DNA of 64,000 nt from Vicugna vicugna (taxonomy: Eukaryota), in the NCBI GenBank assembly GCA_013265495.1, contig MU057503.1:62001-126000 (forward strand), in the 5' to 3' direction. Positions 1 through 12,996 of this stretch are shown piece after piece (the stretch's first letter is position 1; every line of letters starts with the position of its first letter). The translations under genes and the position numbers were made by a program. Below the pieces are notes generated by a model. That model worked only from the letters and a program-made list of their open reading frames with translations, was not told the origin of the DNA and made no database searches.

Positions 1-965
1 ACGTTCCCTCTTCCCAGCATAGCATAGCACATATTCGGTGCTTAGTGAAAAAGGAATCATTGCTTACGTAAGCCCGCTTACTGATAAGCTACTTAATCAC
101 CTCATAATTCAAAAGGTGGTTCAGAGGATAAGACTAGGGTCACGCAACAGGTGGTTTCTATTATTCTAGTCTCTGTAGTTGTAAATCCCATATATCATAT
201 CTGAATCCATGTGTGCAAGAAGTTACTACAGATAAAATTAATTTCAGTCTCGTGCTTGAAACTTCTATTTTTTTCAAATAATTCAGGAAACACCGTAAAA
301 AGTTCTACTTTCTTTACTGCACTAGCCCCGGGCTGTGAACATGACAGTCCTCCATAAATATTTAATTCATTAACTAATAAACAGATTCCTCTGGTTTTTC
401 TACTGAGAAGTCGGTATTTTTCTTTTCCATTTTGTTGGATCGTGCACACAAACGTTATCCAAATAACAAAAGAATTTTCCTTCTTTCGTGTGTTCCCCTA
501 GTAGGCTTAAAATAAATGTATGGGGTATTGTAACAACAGCTGTGCTGACAGAAATATTCTTCCAAGACCATGTCACCTATTTTCTTTTAAAGTATATTCA
601 AAATACTTTAACAAAGATTAAGTTGTATTTCAATTCCGTTGTAATGTGAAAAGTAAACAGTCCTCCCTATAAGACAGAAGTGAGTAGCAATTCTAACTCA
701 AAGAACTGTCATGACACAAGAATTAATTGGGCCTCTTCAGATAATTGTACCACAGCACCGCATCTTTATCCATCCAGCAATCGGGAATCCTCATAAACCA
801 ACACGTCTACACGTCACCAATACGGTGGTAACTGATGTTGATAAAGACACCAACACACTGTAAGATGCTCAATTATCATCTAAACCACCAAAAGTGTTCC
901 TTGTCATCTTGGAGTTTAACTGAATTTTGCTGAATTCAAACTTGGTAAGAAGTGCTAGCCTGCAG

Positions 966-1175
966 AGCAGAGTTTCTAGAGGTGTCTTAGACCAGATAAT
1001 ATTTCGCTGTAAGGACTGCCCTGAGCATTGTAGGATGCGTAGCAGCATTTCTGGGCTTTACCCACTACATGCTAGTAGCACCTCTTCCTCCCACCACCCT
1101 GACAATCAAAAATGTCTCCAGGCATTGCCAAAAGTCCCCTAGGGGGCAAAACTGTCCCCAGCTGAGAGCCATGGC
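966..1175. mobile_element. MER20-like hAT-Charlie DNA transposon relic
   Basis: Characteristic ...cattgtaggatg...agcagcat...tacccacta.atgc.agtagcac...gacaa.caaaaatgtctccag.cattgccaaa.gtcccct.gggggcaaaa segments. Confidence 0.85.
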
Positions 1176-3574
1176 TATAGCAGGCAAAATATGTGGCAAT
1201 TCTCACAGATCAAAAGTACCATAATGTTCCATTTCCCAACCATCCTGGCTAAACAAGAAGTCTCTACATTATGCTTTGGTTAACACTCCATTAAACCCAC
1301 TAATTCCATTTCCTTGTTACAACAGATGGTAAACATAAAGCCAAGGTATTTACTCTATTCATGAACTTAACCTTCTTACATTTTAGCAGCTATTTTTAAC
1401 AATAAATAGAAGACAAGAGGTAGTTCTTCAGGTAAACTGTCTCCACTGTCACCAGTAATGGGGAGGGGGGAGGCTTGAGGGACCTTACGACCATAGTTGT
1501 AACCTCATAGATAATGTCCCTCCCCTTAGCTTTCACTTTTACTCGCACCAACAAGGTGACTCCTATCTTTTCAACTGCTATTAGGAAGTCAGGGAGCCTT
1601 CAGAGTTTCTCCAGCTGTTGCTGAAACATGAAGGTAGGAGGAAAAGCATCAGATTTTAGCTCAAAATTAAGGTGGTGAAAAGAAAATACATGATCCAAGG
1701 GAGTAAGGAATAAATGACTATATAAACTAACATCACAAATAAAGTAACACCGGCTCGTGACGTTTTCACTGCCTAACCCACTTGCCAGGATTTACTGTGG
1801 TAGGAAAATAAATGATCATTAGGGTTCCTTATTATTTAAATGTAGAAAGTGGTTATTTGTGTGTGTTCCTCATTTTGTTTCAATTGACACTTCCTGAGCA
1901 CTCATGAAGTGGCAGCCACTGTGCTAGGGACATTCACAGAGGTTGAGAGCACTTCCACACACAGATGGGTAATGTTCTCCGCATCATGGTCTTGTCTGGG
2001 TGGCACCTGAAATCCACTGCCTCATATCTGACACATTTTAATTGTTCATATTTTCAAATGCTGTATGTTTTCTTTGAGAGGAACATACCTATTTACAAGC
2101 AAGGGTCAGAAAAGGGAAAAGAGAGGTGAGAGAAAATAGTGAGTTTGGGAACATTTTATTCAACTGTAAAAACATTTTTCTGAACAAGAAAGCGAAAAGT
2201 ATGTCCGTGGCTAGCAAACCGAAAACCTGACGGGATAAACATCAACAAAGTGCTTAACAAAATGGTAGCTACTAGTTACAAGGCTGACGCAAAACGGAAA
2301 AAGCCAGCTGACATAAAATTACACGTTAAAACGGAAAATCTGACTAATGAAAAGGGACAATGCTGTAGAGCTCACTGGCTTTTGCAGGAAAAAAAAAAAA
2401 GTCACATACAAAGCAATGCAAAAACATGTTCACTAGAGAAGCTATAAATTTAGGGCACAAACACAAAATGTCAGAGCCATTTCCCTGATAAATAATTGTA
2501 AAATTAAGAGGTCACCTACTACCTCTTAAATTACCCAGACTCTTTGGTTGGCATCTACACACAGGAATAATGAAAAGAAAGGTAACATTGGCACTTTTCT
2601 CTGTGCACTTAAGCTTATGCACAACAGCAAATAGTTAACTCCTACATAGTTAGAGGAGGTTTGGTATATAAATCGTTTTATAGAAACTGAGAAAGTCCTT
2701 GAAGTGAAGAGCTTTGGGAGGGTTCCCTAGTAGCTCTCCACAAAACCCTCTGCAAAGTTCCAATGGCTCTCAGCTGTGCCCCTGGAGCACCCCAGTGGTC
2801 CTATGTGCTCTACACCAGATATGTTATGACCAAAGCTGCAGAAACACCTTTTTGGTTCTTAATTTAATTAAAGGCAACTTATAAGGGGTTCACCTGGGTG
2901 CAAATTTTGTAGCAATAGAAAAAACCTACTCCCACTATCTAAAATGGCCATTTTCAAATGTTTTTTAAATGTTTTAAAGGAATCAGATGTTTCTGTTTAA
3001 CTCTGAGTTATCATCTCAACTGTTTAGCCTGTCAAGTAAACCAAGCCACTATTCGACATTTTTTTGAACTCGCTTCCTTCCATTTCTATCTTCCCATTGT
3101 GTCTATGGTGGCTCTTTAATAAGGAATTAGTAGTTCAGGCATTCCTCTTCACAACTTCAAGGCCAGGTCAGGTTATAGGTTTGAGAACCTCTCCAGATGC
3201 TGGAAGTGCACATTTGGTTCACAACATTACAATGGAAACTGGTGTGTTAAAGCAACAAACAATTGAGGGATGCCTACACAAAACTGAACTGTCAAAAGCA
3301 AGAATCTGAAATCTACATTGACAAAATTTTCAACATGAAATACAATTTGTTCTACATTTCATTCCAGGTGAATTTGCTGTTTCAAATAAACAGTGTGGGC
3401 CAGTATTCACAAGTAGTTAGTTTAATCTGGATCTTCCCAGAGAGTGCATTTAAGATTAAAATTATTAAACACTAGTCACTTCTGCTTTAGAAAAGCCCAT
3501 TTTTTACAATAAAACGGGTACGCAGTGGATATTGTGATTATCTGTGCAATATCCATTTCCTAGCGTATGTTAAC

Positions 3575-4750
3575 CAGGTTGTGTGGGTATTGACCCCACC
3601 CCCAACTCCAGAGGTGTGCTCTGATGGGTCTAAACTAGTGCTTTCAACGCTATCAAATTCATCAGCCCCTGTGTAGAACAACAATTTTATAATATGTCTT
3701 TCTATATAGTAAAAAAGAAATTCATAAATGTAATTACCTCCATAATTTCAAAACTCAGTATGATGCTCAAAATAAAATGTAAAGCAGATAAAAGGAATTT
3801 ATAAACCAAATATATTTCAATATGTAGCTATTCAGGCATGACAATAGAGTCAAATGCCTACACCTTTACATGGAATCGCCATGAAATGAGACACCTACAA
3901 ATCCAAGTGACAAGGTGTATTACACAGACATCTCAAATACCACAGCACCATCCCAACCATGATGTGATTTTTGTTTTCAAATGGATGAACACATCTTGGA
4001 AAAATTCTGAACAAAGTAAAATATTCTCATAATATACCCAATAATTTCATTTCTGGGAAATTCAGTATATATTAAAATACTGCCCTCAAAACTCCACTTT
4101 GTGTTTAAATGTGGCAGAGCTAATCTCGAGCGTCAGATGATTATACAGAATTCTTCACCTGTGTACCATCGAGAAGCACATCCAAAAGGTATGCAGACTA
4201 TGGGACTATTCTCTGTGGTGCAGGTCCATCCTGCACATCAAAGGACCTCTACTTCCCCTGACTCTCACCCACCAAATGTCAGTTTTGACTCTCCGCTCCC
4301 CACTGTGACAACACAACACTCCTCTGAAGTTTCTGTGCACACACACCCAAGGGTTGAAGTCACTCCCTGTTAAGAATCTCTGGGAATAGCCTCACCACAA
4401 CTCTCAGTTCAGGACTAAATATGGAGCCCAGGCTCAAACCAGTCAGCATGAATATTATCCTGGCTCTATTAAGGTCACCCCAGTTAGAACAAAGCTCAGG
4501 ACTCAGGATGGAAATTCTGGAAATCCTGGAATGGTTTTTCCTTTTTGGACACTGTGGTATGTGGATACAAAATTTGAAACTAGACAAAACCGAATCACAG
4601 AAGAGAAAAGACCTAAGAGAAGGACAGAAAAAGAAAAACAGATGGAAATTTACTCGATCATCCTTGGAAGCCGCATTTCAATTATATAAGCAAGCAATTC
4701 CCCTTTAATTCATAAGCCATATTAATCTTCGTTTTTCCATTACTTACAGA
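3575..4750 (+). mobile_element. Old MaLR LTR (MLT1J/K-like) fragments interrupted by a probable hAT DNA-element relic (~3640-4100)
   Basis: MLT1-like 5' piece (3575-3635) and 3' end (...aattcccctt...taagcca...tttttccattacttaca, to ~4750); family assignment by eye. Confidence 0.45.
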
Positions 4751-5039
4751 TGGAAGTTCTTATGTCTTCCCCTTGCCCTCCAAGGATGCAACATGACTCA
4801 GGGGAAAAGGTAAGACATAGCCCTAGCAGAGCAAGGGTTTTGAATATCTGATGTAATAGTGTGTCCCTGGTGCCTGGCTGCCAATAAATAATAATTAGTT
4901 GAATGAATAAACAAACAAACATGAAGCATAAAAGCCTGCACTATCTTCATAGCTTTGTCATTTACTACCTGGGATAACTCTGGGCAAACAGCCTCTCATA
5001 TTCCTCACCAGTAAACCTGAGAACAGAGCTCTACCTGCT

Positions 5040-5910
5040 CACCTCTCCATCTTCAGTTCACAATATTTTAACCCTAGATTATTATCTTTAGCCACATTAG
5101 CCTCCTTGCAAAACCTCAAACATTCCACTCTCTTTGCTGAGTCGTGGCCTTTACAAAGGTTATTTCCTCTGTTGGAATGCTCTTTCTCCCCCTCTTCTCA
5201 TGGATGACTTTTCCTGGTGCTTCCTGATTCAATGTAAGTGTCACTTCCTGTACCAGGTCATCCTGACAACACTGTAGCCACACCCACATTACTGTCACAT
5301 GCTGTTAATTTTTTTCATTGTGCTTATCACAATCTACATTAATTTTGGTTTTGATGTGTTTCCTTATTTATCTAGTGTCTCGTTCACTAGAAGGCAAACT
5401 TGATGAGGGGCAGGGAGCATGTCTGCCTAGTTAATCTACCACCAGCACCTGACATATAACTGTCCATACATAACTATCAAATCAATGGTCCCTAATTCCC
5501 TAGCCCACCTCACACCCTCAAACTCTGTATGCTGTAGCTCTCTGGATTTATTTAAATTCCTCAAGCATGCTTTTGCAAATGTCATGCCTCCTGCCGAAAG
5601 TCACCTTCCATGGCAGCATTGTAATAGTACCTACCCCTCTCCTGATCCCATCTCCCGTCACCTGTCTAAGTTCTACTGTTGTATCAGGTCTTATCGTAAC
5701 ATCATTCTGTTCCAGAAGGTCTTCTCTGGCCCCAAATACTAAGTTGAGACCCCTCCCCATATTATATGAATAATGCCATATCATAATACTTATCACATGT
5801 ACTGTAATTATTTAATCATCTCCTTTCCCTGCTAACCTGTAAGCTCCAGGGAAAAAAGGACTCTATCTTGGCCACAGCTTCAGCCACATAGTAGGTGCTT
5901 AACAAAACCA
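5040..5910 (-). mobile_element. Two L2 LINE 3' fragments
   Basis: L2 3' motifs (aatgtcacttcc...gtaagctcc...cacatagtaggtgcttaa). Confidence 0.7.
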
Positions 5911-5972
5911 ATTCCCTTCCTTCTCCCAGTAAGAGTGGTACTAGATCTGAGGCTGTGAGCCAAGAGCCTTTT

Positions 5973-5974
<2 letters not shown>

Positions 5975-6018
<44 letters not shown>

Positions 6019-6069
6019 AACTCGAGAAGAAAAAGGAGTTTTACAAAAAAAAAAAAAAAAAAAAAAAAA
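5975..6069 (+). repeat. Two poly(A) tracts (A42 at 5975-6016, A25 at 6045-6069)
   Basis: Directly visible homopolymers. Confidence 0.95.
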
Positions 6070-6846
6070 GCCAGTTGTGGGGGTTTTTTTCCCCAAATGA
6101 TTGAAGCAAAACCACATTCTTAGCAAAATCTGACTCATATGAAGTTGGACTTCATATCAAGCAAAATGCCAGTTCTGAAGGACTGGATAGTTTAATAAAT
6201 TGCTTAGCAAGCCAGTGACAGGCATCACAAGATTGCCGTCAGATTTATGATTTGGAAACTCAACTACTCAACAAAAGTAAAAATCTCCTCATCACAAGGT
6301 TATAGAACCAGCAGAGTGTTACTCCTACAAGGTGAGAAAGATCTGGAAAATTCATTACAGATATAAAGCCAAGGGTTGTTGGAAAATGAAAATAAACATT
6401 AGAAAGAAAAAAACATAATGAAAAATAGATTTTATATATCATGGTAAAACAACCAAATTAAATGAGAAAATAAGCTTTCCTTTTAGAAAGAAAATTTAGA
6501 GGCTGATTTACCACCTCTGAGTTATTCCACTTGGGATGTCATCAGCTCAATTAAGTCAGTAACCAAGCTTGCATTATGCAATAAAGTGAAAAATCATATG
6601 AAGCCCTATTAGAAAAGTATATCTTTTGACTGGTCAGTAGCTAGCCGAAGAATGATGACTTCCTCATTGCAGTGTGAACCATCTGATAAACAATGTAAAT
6701 CTCAGGAGAAATCATACATGTATAGTAGGAATGCCTGGCTCCTTCACCCTGATTGACTTTGTTCTGCACTCCCTGTGTCTCCGGAGGAGAACGCTCTTTT
6801 TCATGCCAGAGGCATCATGATGAATGCTGATGAGACAATATTCAAC

Positions 6847-7069
6847 GGGAAGGGAAGGGACAGAATGGGATTTCAAAATGTAGAATAGATAAACAAGATT
6901 ATACTGTATAGCACAGGGAAATATATACAAGATCTTGTGGTAGCTCACAGCGAAAAAAAATGTGACAATGAATATTTGTATGTTCAGCATAACTGAAAAA
7001 TTGTGCTCTACATTGGAATTTGACACAGCATTGTAAAATGACTATAATTCAATAAAAAAAGTTAAAAAA
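6847..7069 (+). mobile_element. Young 5'-truncated L1 3' end (camelid/artiodactyl type)
   Basis: L1 3' UTR (ataaacaagattatactgtatagcacagggaaatatatacaagatcttgtggtagctcac...) ending in AATAAA plus A-tail; degenerate TSD aatattcaac / agtattcgac. Confidence 0.88.
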
Positions 7070-7856
7070 GTATTCGACTCATCACTGCCTAAACACTTAT
7101 TTTGCATGCAATTTTTCAATTTTGTAAATTCACTGGCTTGCATCCACAGCAGTATTAGGGGTATGAGTCCTAGTTAACAAGTGGACAGGTTGTTTTAGAT
7201 TACAGAGATTTTGATGAGGAGAAAGAGTATATTCTCTTTCATCGATTTAGAAGATGCAAGAATCTTAAAAGTTATTTTATTTAATACAGTGACCCATAAT
7301 TGTTATGAATCATGTAAGTATGGATACAGATGGGTTAGAGAGATACAAATCCAGAATCAGACAGAATGTGGCAGTTTTCAACTCTTTTGTCACTCTTCTG
7401 TCAAAGCTGATAATTTTCAAAGACAACTGTTTTTCCCTTCTATGAAACTGTAACATCACAATATTCAACAAATACAAATAGCAGAGGACAAACCTTTCAG
7501 AGTGTGACTCTCCCCGACCCAGGTTTTGGAGAAACACAGCAGAGAAAAAATAAGCTATCCTTGTAATTCACGACAATAAGCATAATGTATAAAGACCTCC
7601 TAAGCTTTTTTTGTAAACAGTATATACGCAGAGAAGTTTATAATTAGCAGTGGTCAGGGAGTCAAAGACAGGAGATATTGACAGACTGGGAAATATAAGA
7701 AGCCAGGATAACATCATCTAACCACAAAGTGTTTTGTGGTAAAATGTTTGTTAAGAGAATTAGCAAAAGCAGGCAACAATTTCTCTTACGTGGGGCTTTG
7801 GAGGGAGAGGAGGGTGGTATTTTGAACACAGTCATTAGCTAAGTAAAGCTTCACAG

Positions 7857-8036
7857 AGCAGTGGTTGGTAATGTTTTGGGGTTCCTGGACCTCTTTTTTC
7901 TTATAACCTTCCATTTCTTATTCCCCCCCAAAAAAAATCCTATGCACAAAATTTTCATAAAATTTGAGGGGACTCCCTGAACCCCTCAAGTCTATCCTTA
8001 AAAACCATCCCCCAGTCCCCCAGGAGAAGCCCCTGC
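7857..8036. mobile_element. Short hAT-Charlie-type DNA transposon relic
   Basis: cagtggtt... start, ...aagcccctg end, internal cacaaaattttcataaaattt motif typical of old Charlie MITEs. Confidence 0.5.
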
Positions 8037-8420
8037 TTTGAGGAGGACCCTCACCTTAAACATGAGACAAACTTAAAGAAAAAGGTATCATATTAGGAAT
8101 ATGTCTTCAATAGAGTTGTAGCTATTTGGCCAGAAAAGCTCCTATTTCTCACCCCTGCAACCTCAAGGACAGATGTACTGGGAAACGCCCTGCGCAGATT
8201 CCGCCCAGAGAGCCAAAGTCACATATTAATAATTTATGGGCAAATAAGCCATTATCTGTTGAGTTTACATTGTAGGTGGCAATGTCTAAGCTAATGAAGA
8301 ATTGAAGAAAACTAACACTTATGAAGAACTTAGGGAGGCTAACCCCTCCACCAGTTGTCGTCATCCTATCACCACATTAAATCCTCTTAGGAACCCTGGG
8401 TGTTGGCTATTAGTCCCTAT

Positions 8421-8802
8421 GTTGGTCAGTTCGAGCTGCTATAACAATATACCACAGACCCAATAGTCCACAAACAACAGAAATTTATTTCTCACAGTTC
8501 TGGAGGCTAGAAGTCCAAGATCAAGGCACCAGAACTGTGATACACTCAAGTGGAGGCATGTCAAGTCCTCACACGTCAAGTCAAGACATTGACCATGGCT
8601 GTGTTCTGTCTGGTGAGGGCTCTCTTCCCGGCTCACAGTCAGTGCTTCTCCTTGTGATGGAAGGGGAAAGGGATGTCTCCGGAGCCTCTGTTATGAGGGC
8701 TCTACCCTCGTGACCTGATTACCTCCACCTCCTGACACCATCACCTTGGAAGTTAAAATTTGATATATAAATTTTGGGAGAAGACAAACATTCAGACCAC
8801 AG
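8421..8802 (-). mobile_element. MaLR LTR (MLT1A/B-like)
   Basis: Diagnostic gctgctataacaa...aacaacagaaatttatttctcacagttctggaggctagaagtccaagatcaagg...acaaacattcagaccac. Confidence 0.9.
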
Positions 8803-8999
8803 ATTTTCATTCAAAGACAGTAGTTCCTTAAGGTGAGTAACCTGCCCAAGGTCACGCTGCTGGTAAGTGATGGAAATTAGATTCCAACTCAGATTTTTCT
8901 AATTCCTATACCCACATTCTCTCTAATATAATCTATTACCCCACAGCTAAGTTTATAGCATCGTTACCCACAGTGCTTGGAATACAGACAGAGCCCAGG

Positions 9000-9790
9000 A
9001 ACTCTTTCTTGGAGCACATACCTAATCTAGTCAGAAGAATCCCAACCCCTTCCTACCATCTCTACTGCAAACACCCTGGTATAAGTTACCGTCATCTCCA
9101 TACGATTATTGTAATAGCCTCTCCTAGCCTCCCAGTTCCCATCCTTGACCCCACACATTCTGTTCTCAACACAGCAGCCAAAGTGGTTCTTTCAAAGCAC
9201 AAGCTACATTAGAGCATCACTCCTCTGCTCAAATCCTGCAGTGTGTCCACAACATACTCTGAACAAAAACAGCAAGCCTTACAAAAGCCTGACGGAGTCC
9301 AACTCCATCAGGCACCCTCCTTGCCCCTCTGATACCACATTAGATTTTTGAAATCTCTCCCGAGGTAATCTAGGTAAAAATGGCCTCCTTGATGTATCTC
9401 TTGATTTTTATACCCACTTCTTCCCTCTGCCGGAAATGATCTTTCCCTAGAGTCCCCATCAAGACTCCCACACATCTTGCAAGACTTTGTCTCAAAGGCC
9501 AGCTCCTCTGAGAAGTCTTTCTGGCCACACTATTTGAAACTGCATACCAACTTCAACCTTGACATTCCTTACTCTCCTACCCTTCTTTATTTTTCCGCAC
9601 AGCACCTATTATCACTTGACATACCATTAATATTACCTGTTCACTTATGTTCTGTTTTCTGCCCCCTAAAGAGTGTAAGTTTCACCAGAACAGGAACTTT
9701 TGCCTGTTTACTACTGCAGCTCCAATTGCTAGAACAATGCCAGCCACTTAGTAGGTGGACAATCAACATCTGATGAATGGATGAATAAGT
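9000..9790 (-). mobile_element. L2a LINE 3' portion
   Basis: L2 3' region motifs ending in tgaatggatgaata tail. Confidence 0.8.
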
Positions 9791-11157
9791 GGTCACTGGC
9801 ACTTCCAGTCTCAGGTGACAGGCCAAAAGAAGGCACTGAATTGTGCAGTCTTCTAGAACCTACAAGGATGATGGCTGCTGTGATGGAGGGTTGCCGTGCT
9901 ACACTCCGCTGCACGCCAATTAAATGCAGGCTTTGAGTGTGTACGCAGAGCTCAGCAAAGTTTGGCTTCCCCTGGTACAACCAAATGTCTGCTTCACATC
10001 TCTTTTCAGTTCAGTGCACCATTTAAGACATCTAAAACAATGGAAACAGAAACGTTCGTTTTAATTTAAAATAACCTTTTTCAGAAGAGGTGCGAGCTTT
10101 CCATCTTAAACAGGCTTGCCAACTGAATCCTTAATTCAATAAAGAGTGCCACAGGAATTAATAGATTTCATGCCACCCAAAGACCGGCAATAGGGTAAAA
10201 ACATAATTTCTGTCCTTGCCCATGGAGTAACTAGATACATAAAAGAAATCAGAATTGTAAAATTTTACGAAATCATTAGATGTGTTTAAATTGTGGGGAT
10301 GTGGGAAGGGGGATTTCAATGCCTTAATACCTTTAATACCAACCTAGACAGAGGTCTTGTCCATCACTTGTTAAAAGGTAGGCTTGGGGAAAATAGAATA
10401 AATACAAATAAGTAAGCCAATGTGTTTTAATACTCCTGAGGACACTAATAGTCAGCAAGATGGTCATTATTATAATTACCTGGTGCTGTCACAGCCAATG
10501 CATCCAACTCTGTAAAATGACTGCTCTTTACTAAATTACTGAGTGTTGTAAAATTCTCATCCATTTTGTAGGATTCATTTCCCCTATTTAGAGATTGTAA
10601 TTTACAAAGAAGTGGGATAAACTGGAACACACCACCCCAGAGAATTCTACCCTATAAGCAGTTCTTACTGGAAAAGGAAAATACAAAATTTCATGGTAGA
10701 CTATGAAGATTATGCCTACTATTTTATAGTTTACTTATTGATATAAAGTTAAACAACACATCAAATAATTCGTTAGTATGTCTTCAACTGGTTGGGGATA
10801 GGAAGGATATGTTAGCCAATGTCTACACCAGAGAAACATTTTCTCCAGCTAGCAGGCTGTGTGACCAATGACACCCATCTTAAAAATATGCACTGCTTGG
10901 AACCATAAAACGTGATAAAAAGATTAAGGAGCCAACACTTTAGAGGGGAACTTTCTTACTGTTTAAAAAGTCATAACACATCAGAGCTGCCAAGGATCTG
11001 GCCCAATTTCCCCACTGAATAGACAAGACTGTTGAGGTTTGGATTTGCGAAGTGACTTCCCCAGGGTCACCCAGTGGAGCCAGGACTAAGATAAAGTCTT
11101 CCAACCTCCAATCCAATCATCTTTTTACTATATTGTCGGTACTCGATACATACTAGG

Positions 11158-11302
11158 TTTTTTTTAACTTTTTTATAAAATTGGGGGGGGGGTACATATT
11201 CAGGCTTTTGGTTTTTTTTTTTTTTTAAACAGAGGTACTGGGAATTGAACCCAGGACCTTGTGCATGCTAAGCACACACTCCACTGCTAAGCGATACTCT
11301 CC
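11158..11302 (-). mobile_element. tRNA-derived camelid SINE (Vic-1-like)
   Basis: Reverse complement has a tRNA-like head with B box (ggttcaattcc), body homologous to 26390-26508, and A-rich tail. Confidence 0.88.
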
Positions 11303-11579
11303 TCACCAGTTTCCCTTTCTTTTAAGCAGCAGGAGGAAAGACAGAAAGGACACTGTCATTTATTATTGTTTATTTGTATTTTTTAATATAAAGACTTTAG
11401 AAAAGACAGTACCAGAGTGGCAGTGGGTATTTCATTTCCCCAGAGCATAGGAGCTCTTGGGTGAATGCGTTTTATGAAGAGATTTGTCCTGGGAACTTGG
11501 CAGATTTTACTGCAAATATTTTAGCAGTTTCCTATTATTTAGCTGTGAGTTTAACTTTTTCAGTCCTAGCCTCCCCCAG

Positions 11580-12030
11580 ACTGATGTCAGCAGATTAGAA
11601 GCAGTTTTATGAGGAAGTGCCTGCAACAGGGATGATGGCTTTCTTCATTAGAGAATGTCCTGGTAGACATTCCAAGAAGGCCTTCCTCCTGCCCAGTAGG
11701 AAAGAACGTCTTTGGCTATCAGCTCCTCCAGCTTCCCATCAGCTGCAGAAAACTATCGCGCCAGAGCTCAGGCCCTCTGCTACCACCCAAAACTTGTGTG
11801 CAAGCGAGGTGAGAGGACAAACCCAGACAGCGGGGCCAATGCAGGGCCACTCTGAGGGATGATAATTGCTCCAGAGCTCTTTGCCGGCGGACCTACATCA
11901 CAATTCAACCTCTCCCTCCACTCAATACTGCTTCTTCCTCCTTCCCTTCAGAGATGTTGATCTCAGATAAATATCCTGCGCCCCAAGCTCTGTCCAAATG
12001 TCTGCTTCCACTCAGTTCAACCTACGACAA
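11580..12030 (+). mobile_element. ERVL solo LTR (LTR16-like)
   Basis: LTR16-type 3' half (ttgctccagagctc...caatactgcttc...gatgttgatc...aaatatcctgc...tctgcttcc...aacctacgaca). Confidence 0.65.
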
Positions 12031-12329
12031 ATGTCTACTTCACTTCTCAGGGTGACACCCTAACTGCGAGCTGCCAGCCACCCCGGGCTGGCACCCAGTT
12101 CAGGCTCTCACCAACATCCCCAGTCCTGACTGCGTACTAGTATTGTCAGAAGTGTGTTATTTTCTGTAGAGACAGGGAAATTTGAGAGACTAGCTGATTA
12201 AAGCACCGCTCACATCAGATCAAAAGGCTAGCACATGGGGCTGAGTGAAAACAGCTTGGACTGGAGAGAGGACAGATGGGTCCCTGGCAAACTGGAGACC
12301 AGGGAAGGACCCTCCATTCATGTTTTTCC

Positions 12330-12510
12330 AGCGTGGCTTTCCCAGCCTGCGCTGTGCTGGGAGCTTTAGATACGCGGTCCCTTTAAATCCTCACAACCAC
12401 CCTCTGCTCTGAGGTAGGTTTTATCAACCTTGTTTTACAGTTTTGCAGACTCAAAGAGGCTAAATAAATCCTTCAAGGTCACCAAAGTGGTCACAGATGC
12501 CTGAAATTCC
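12330..12510. mobile_element. MIR SINE
   Basis: MIR core (aatcctcacaaccacc...gaggtaggtttt...ttttacag...caaggtcac). Confidence 0.65.
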
Positions 12511-12666
12511 TGTAACAATACACAAAGTTCTTCATCCCACACACAGAAGGTAGGTTTAAGCCCTGAAGCATCTCTGGAGACGGAAAATTCAGAGACTGAT
12601 GACTGGATTTTGGGGCCTGCATGTTCCGTGTCGCCTGCCGGGAACATTACAGGTATGAGGGCTTAC

Positions 12667-12996
12667 CTCGGCCAGTGAAGACGCTTCTCGCTGAAGTGGT
12701 TCAAGGCTGTTGGTGCCAGCCTGGAAGGTTCCGGATCCTGGTGCTGTTGGATGGGTTCCATCGAGACTCAAATTTCAGAAGCTTTACCTGAAATCTTCCA
12801 CATCTGCTCCCCGCCTGGAGGATAAACCTCCGACCGGGTACTCACAGCATTCAAACCAGGAGCCCTGCCTGGCTATTTCACTGCTATTTCAACACCTAAG
12901 TTTTACTGCATGTTGTAGTTGAACAGTTCTGTCTTTTTCAGGGAGTAATTTTTCGATTTAGCTTTGTATCATTATCTGCTTTTTTAATTTTTTAAA
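12667..12996 (-). other. Candidate alternative first or cassette 5' exon; upstream boundary uncertain
   Basis: Strong minus-strand donor CCGAG|GTAAGC at 12667/12666 in unique sequence with locally retained CpGs (12560-12840); possible acceptor ttattatttag at 12997-12998. Confidence 0.42.

Noticed and set aside
10080..10630. Specific family assignment for the duplicated segment (GPCR, V2R leader, TIR domain, hAT transposase, Mononegavirales L motif)
   Set aside because: Different frames give short look-alike motifs to unrelated families and none is kept convincingly in both copies; this is consistent with chance without a profile search.
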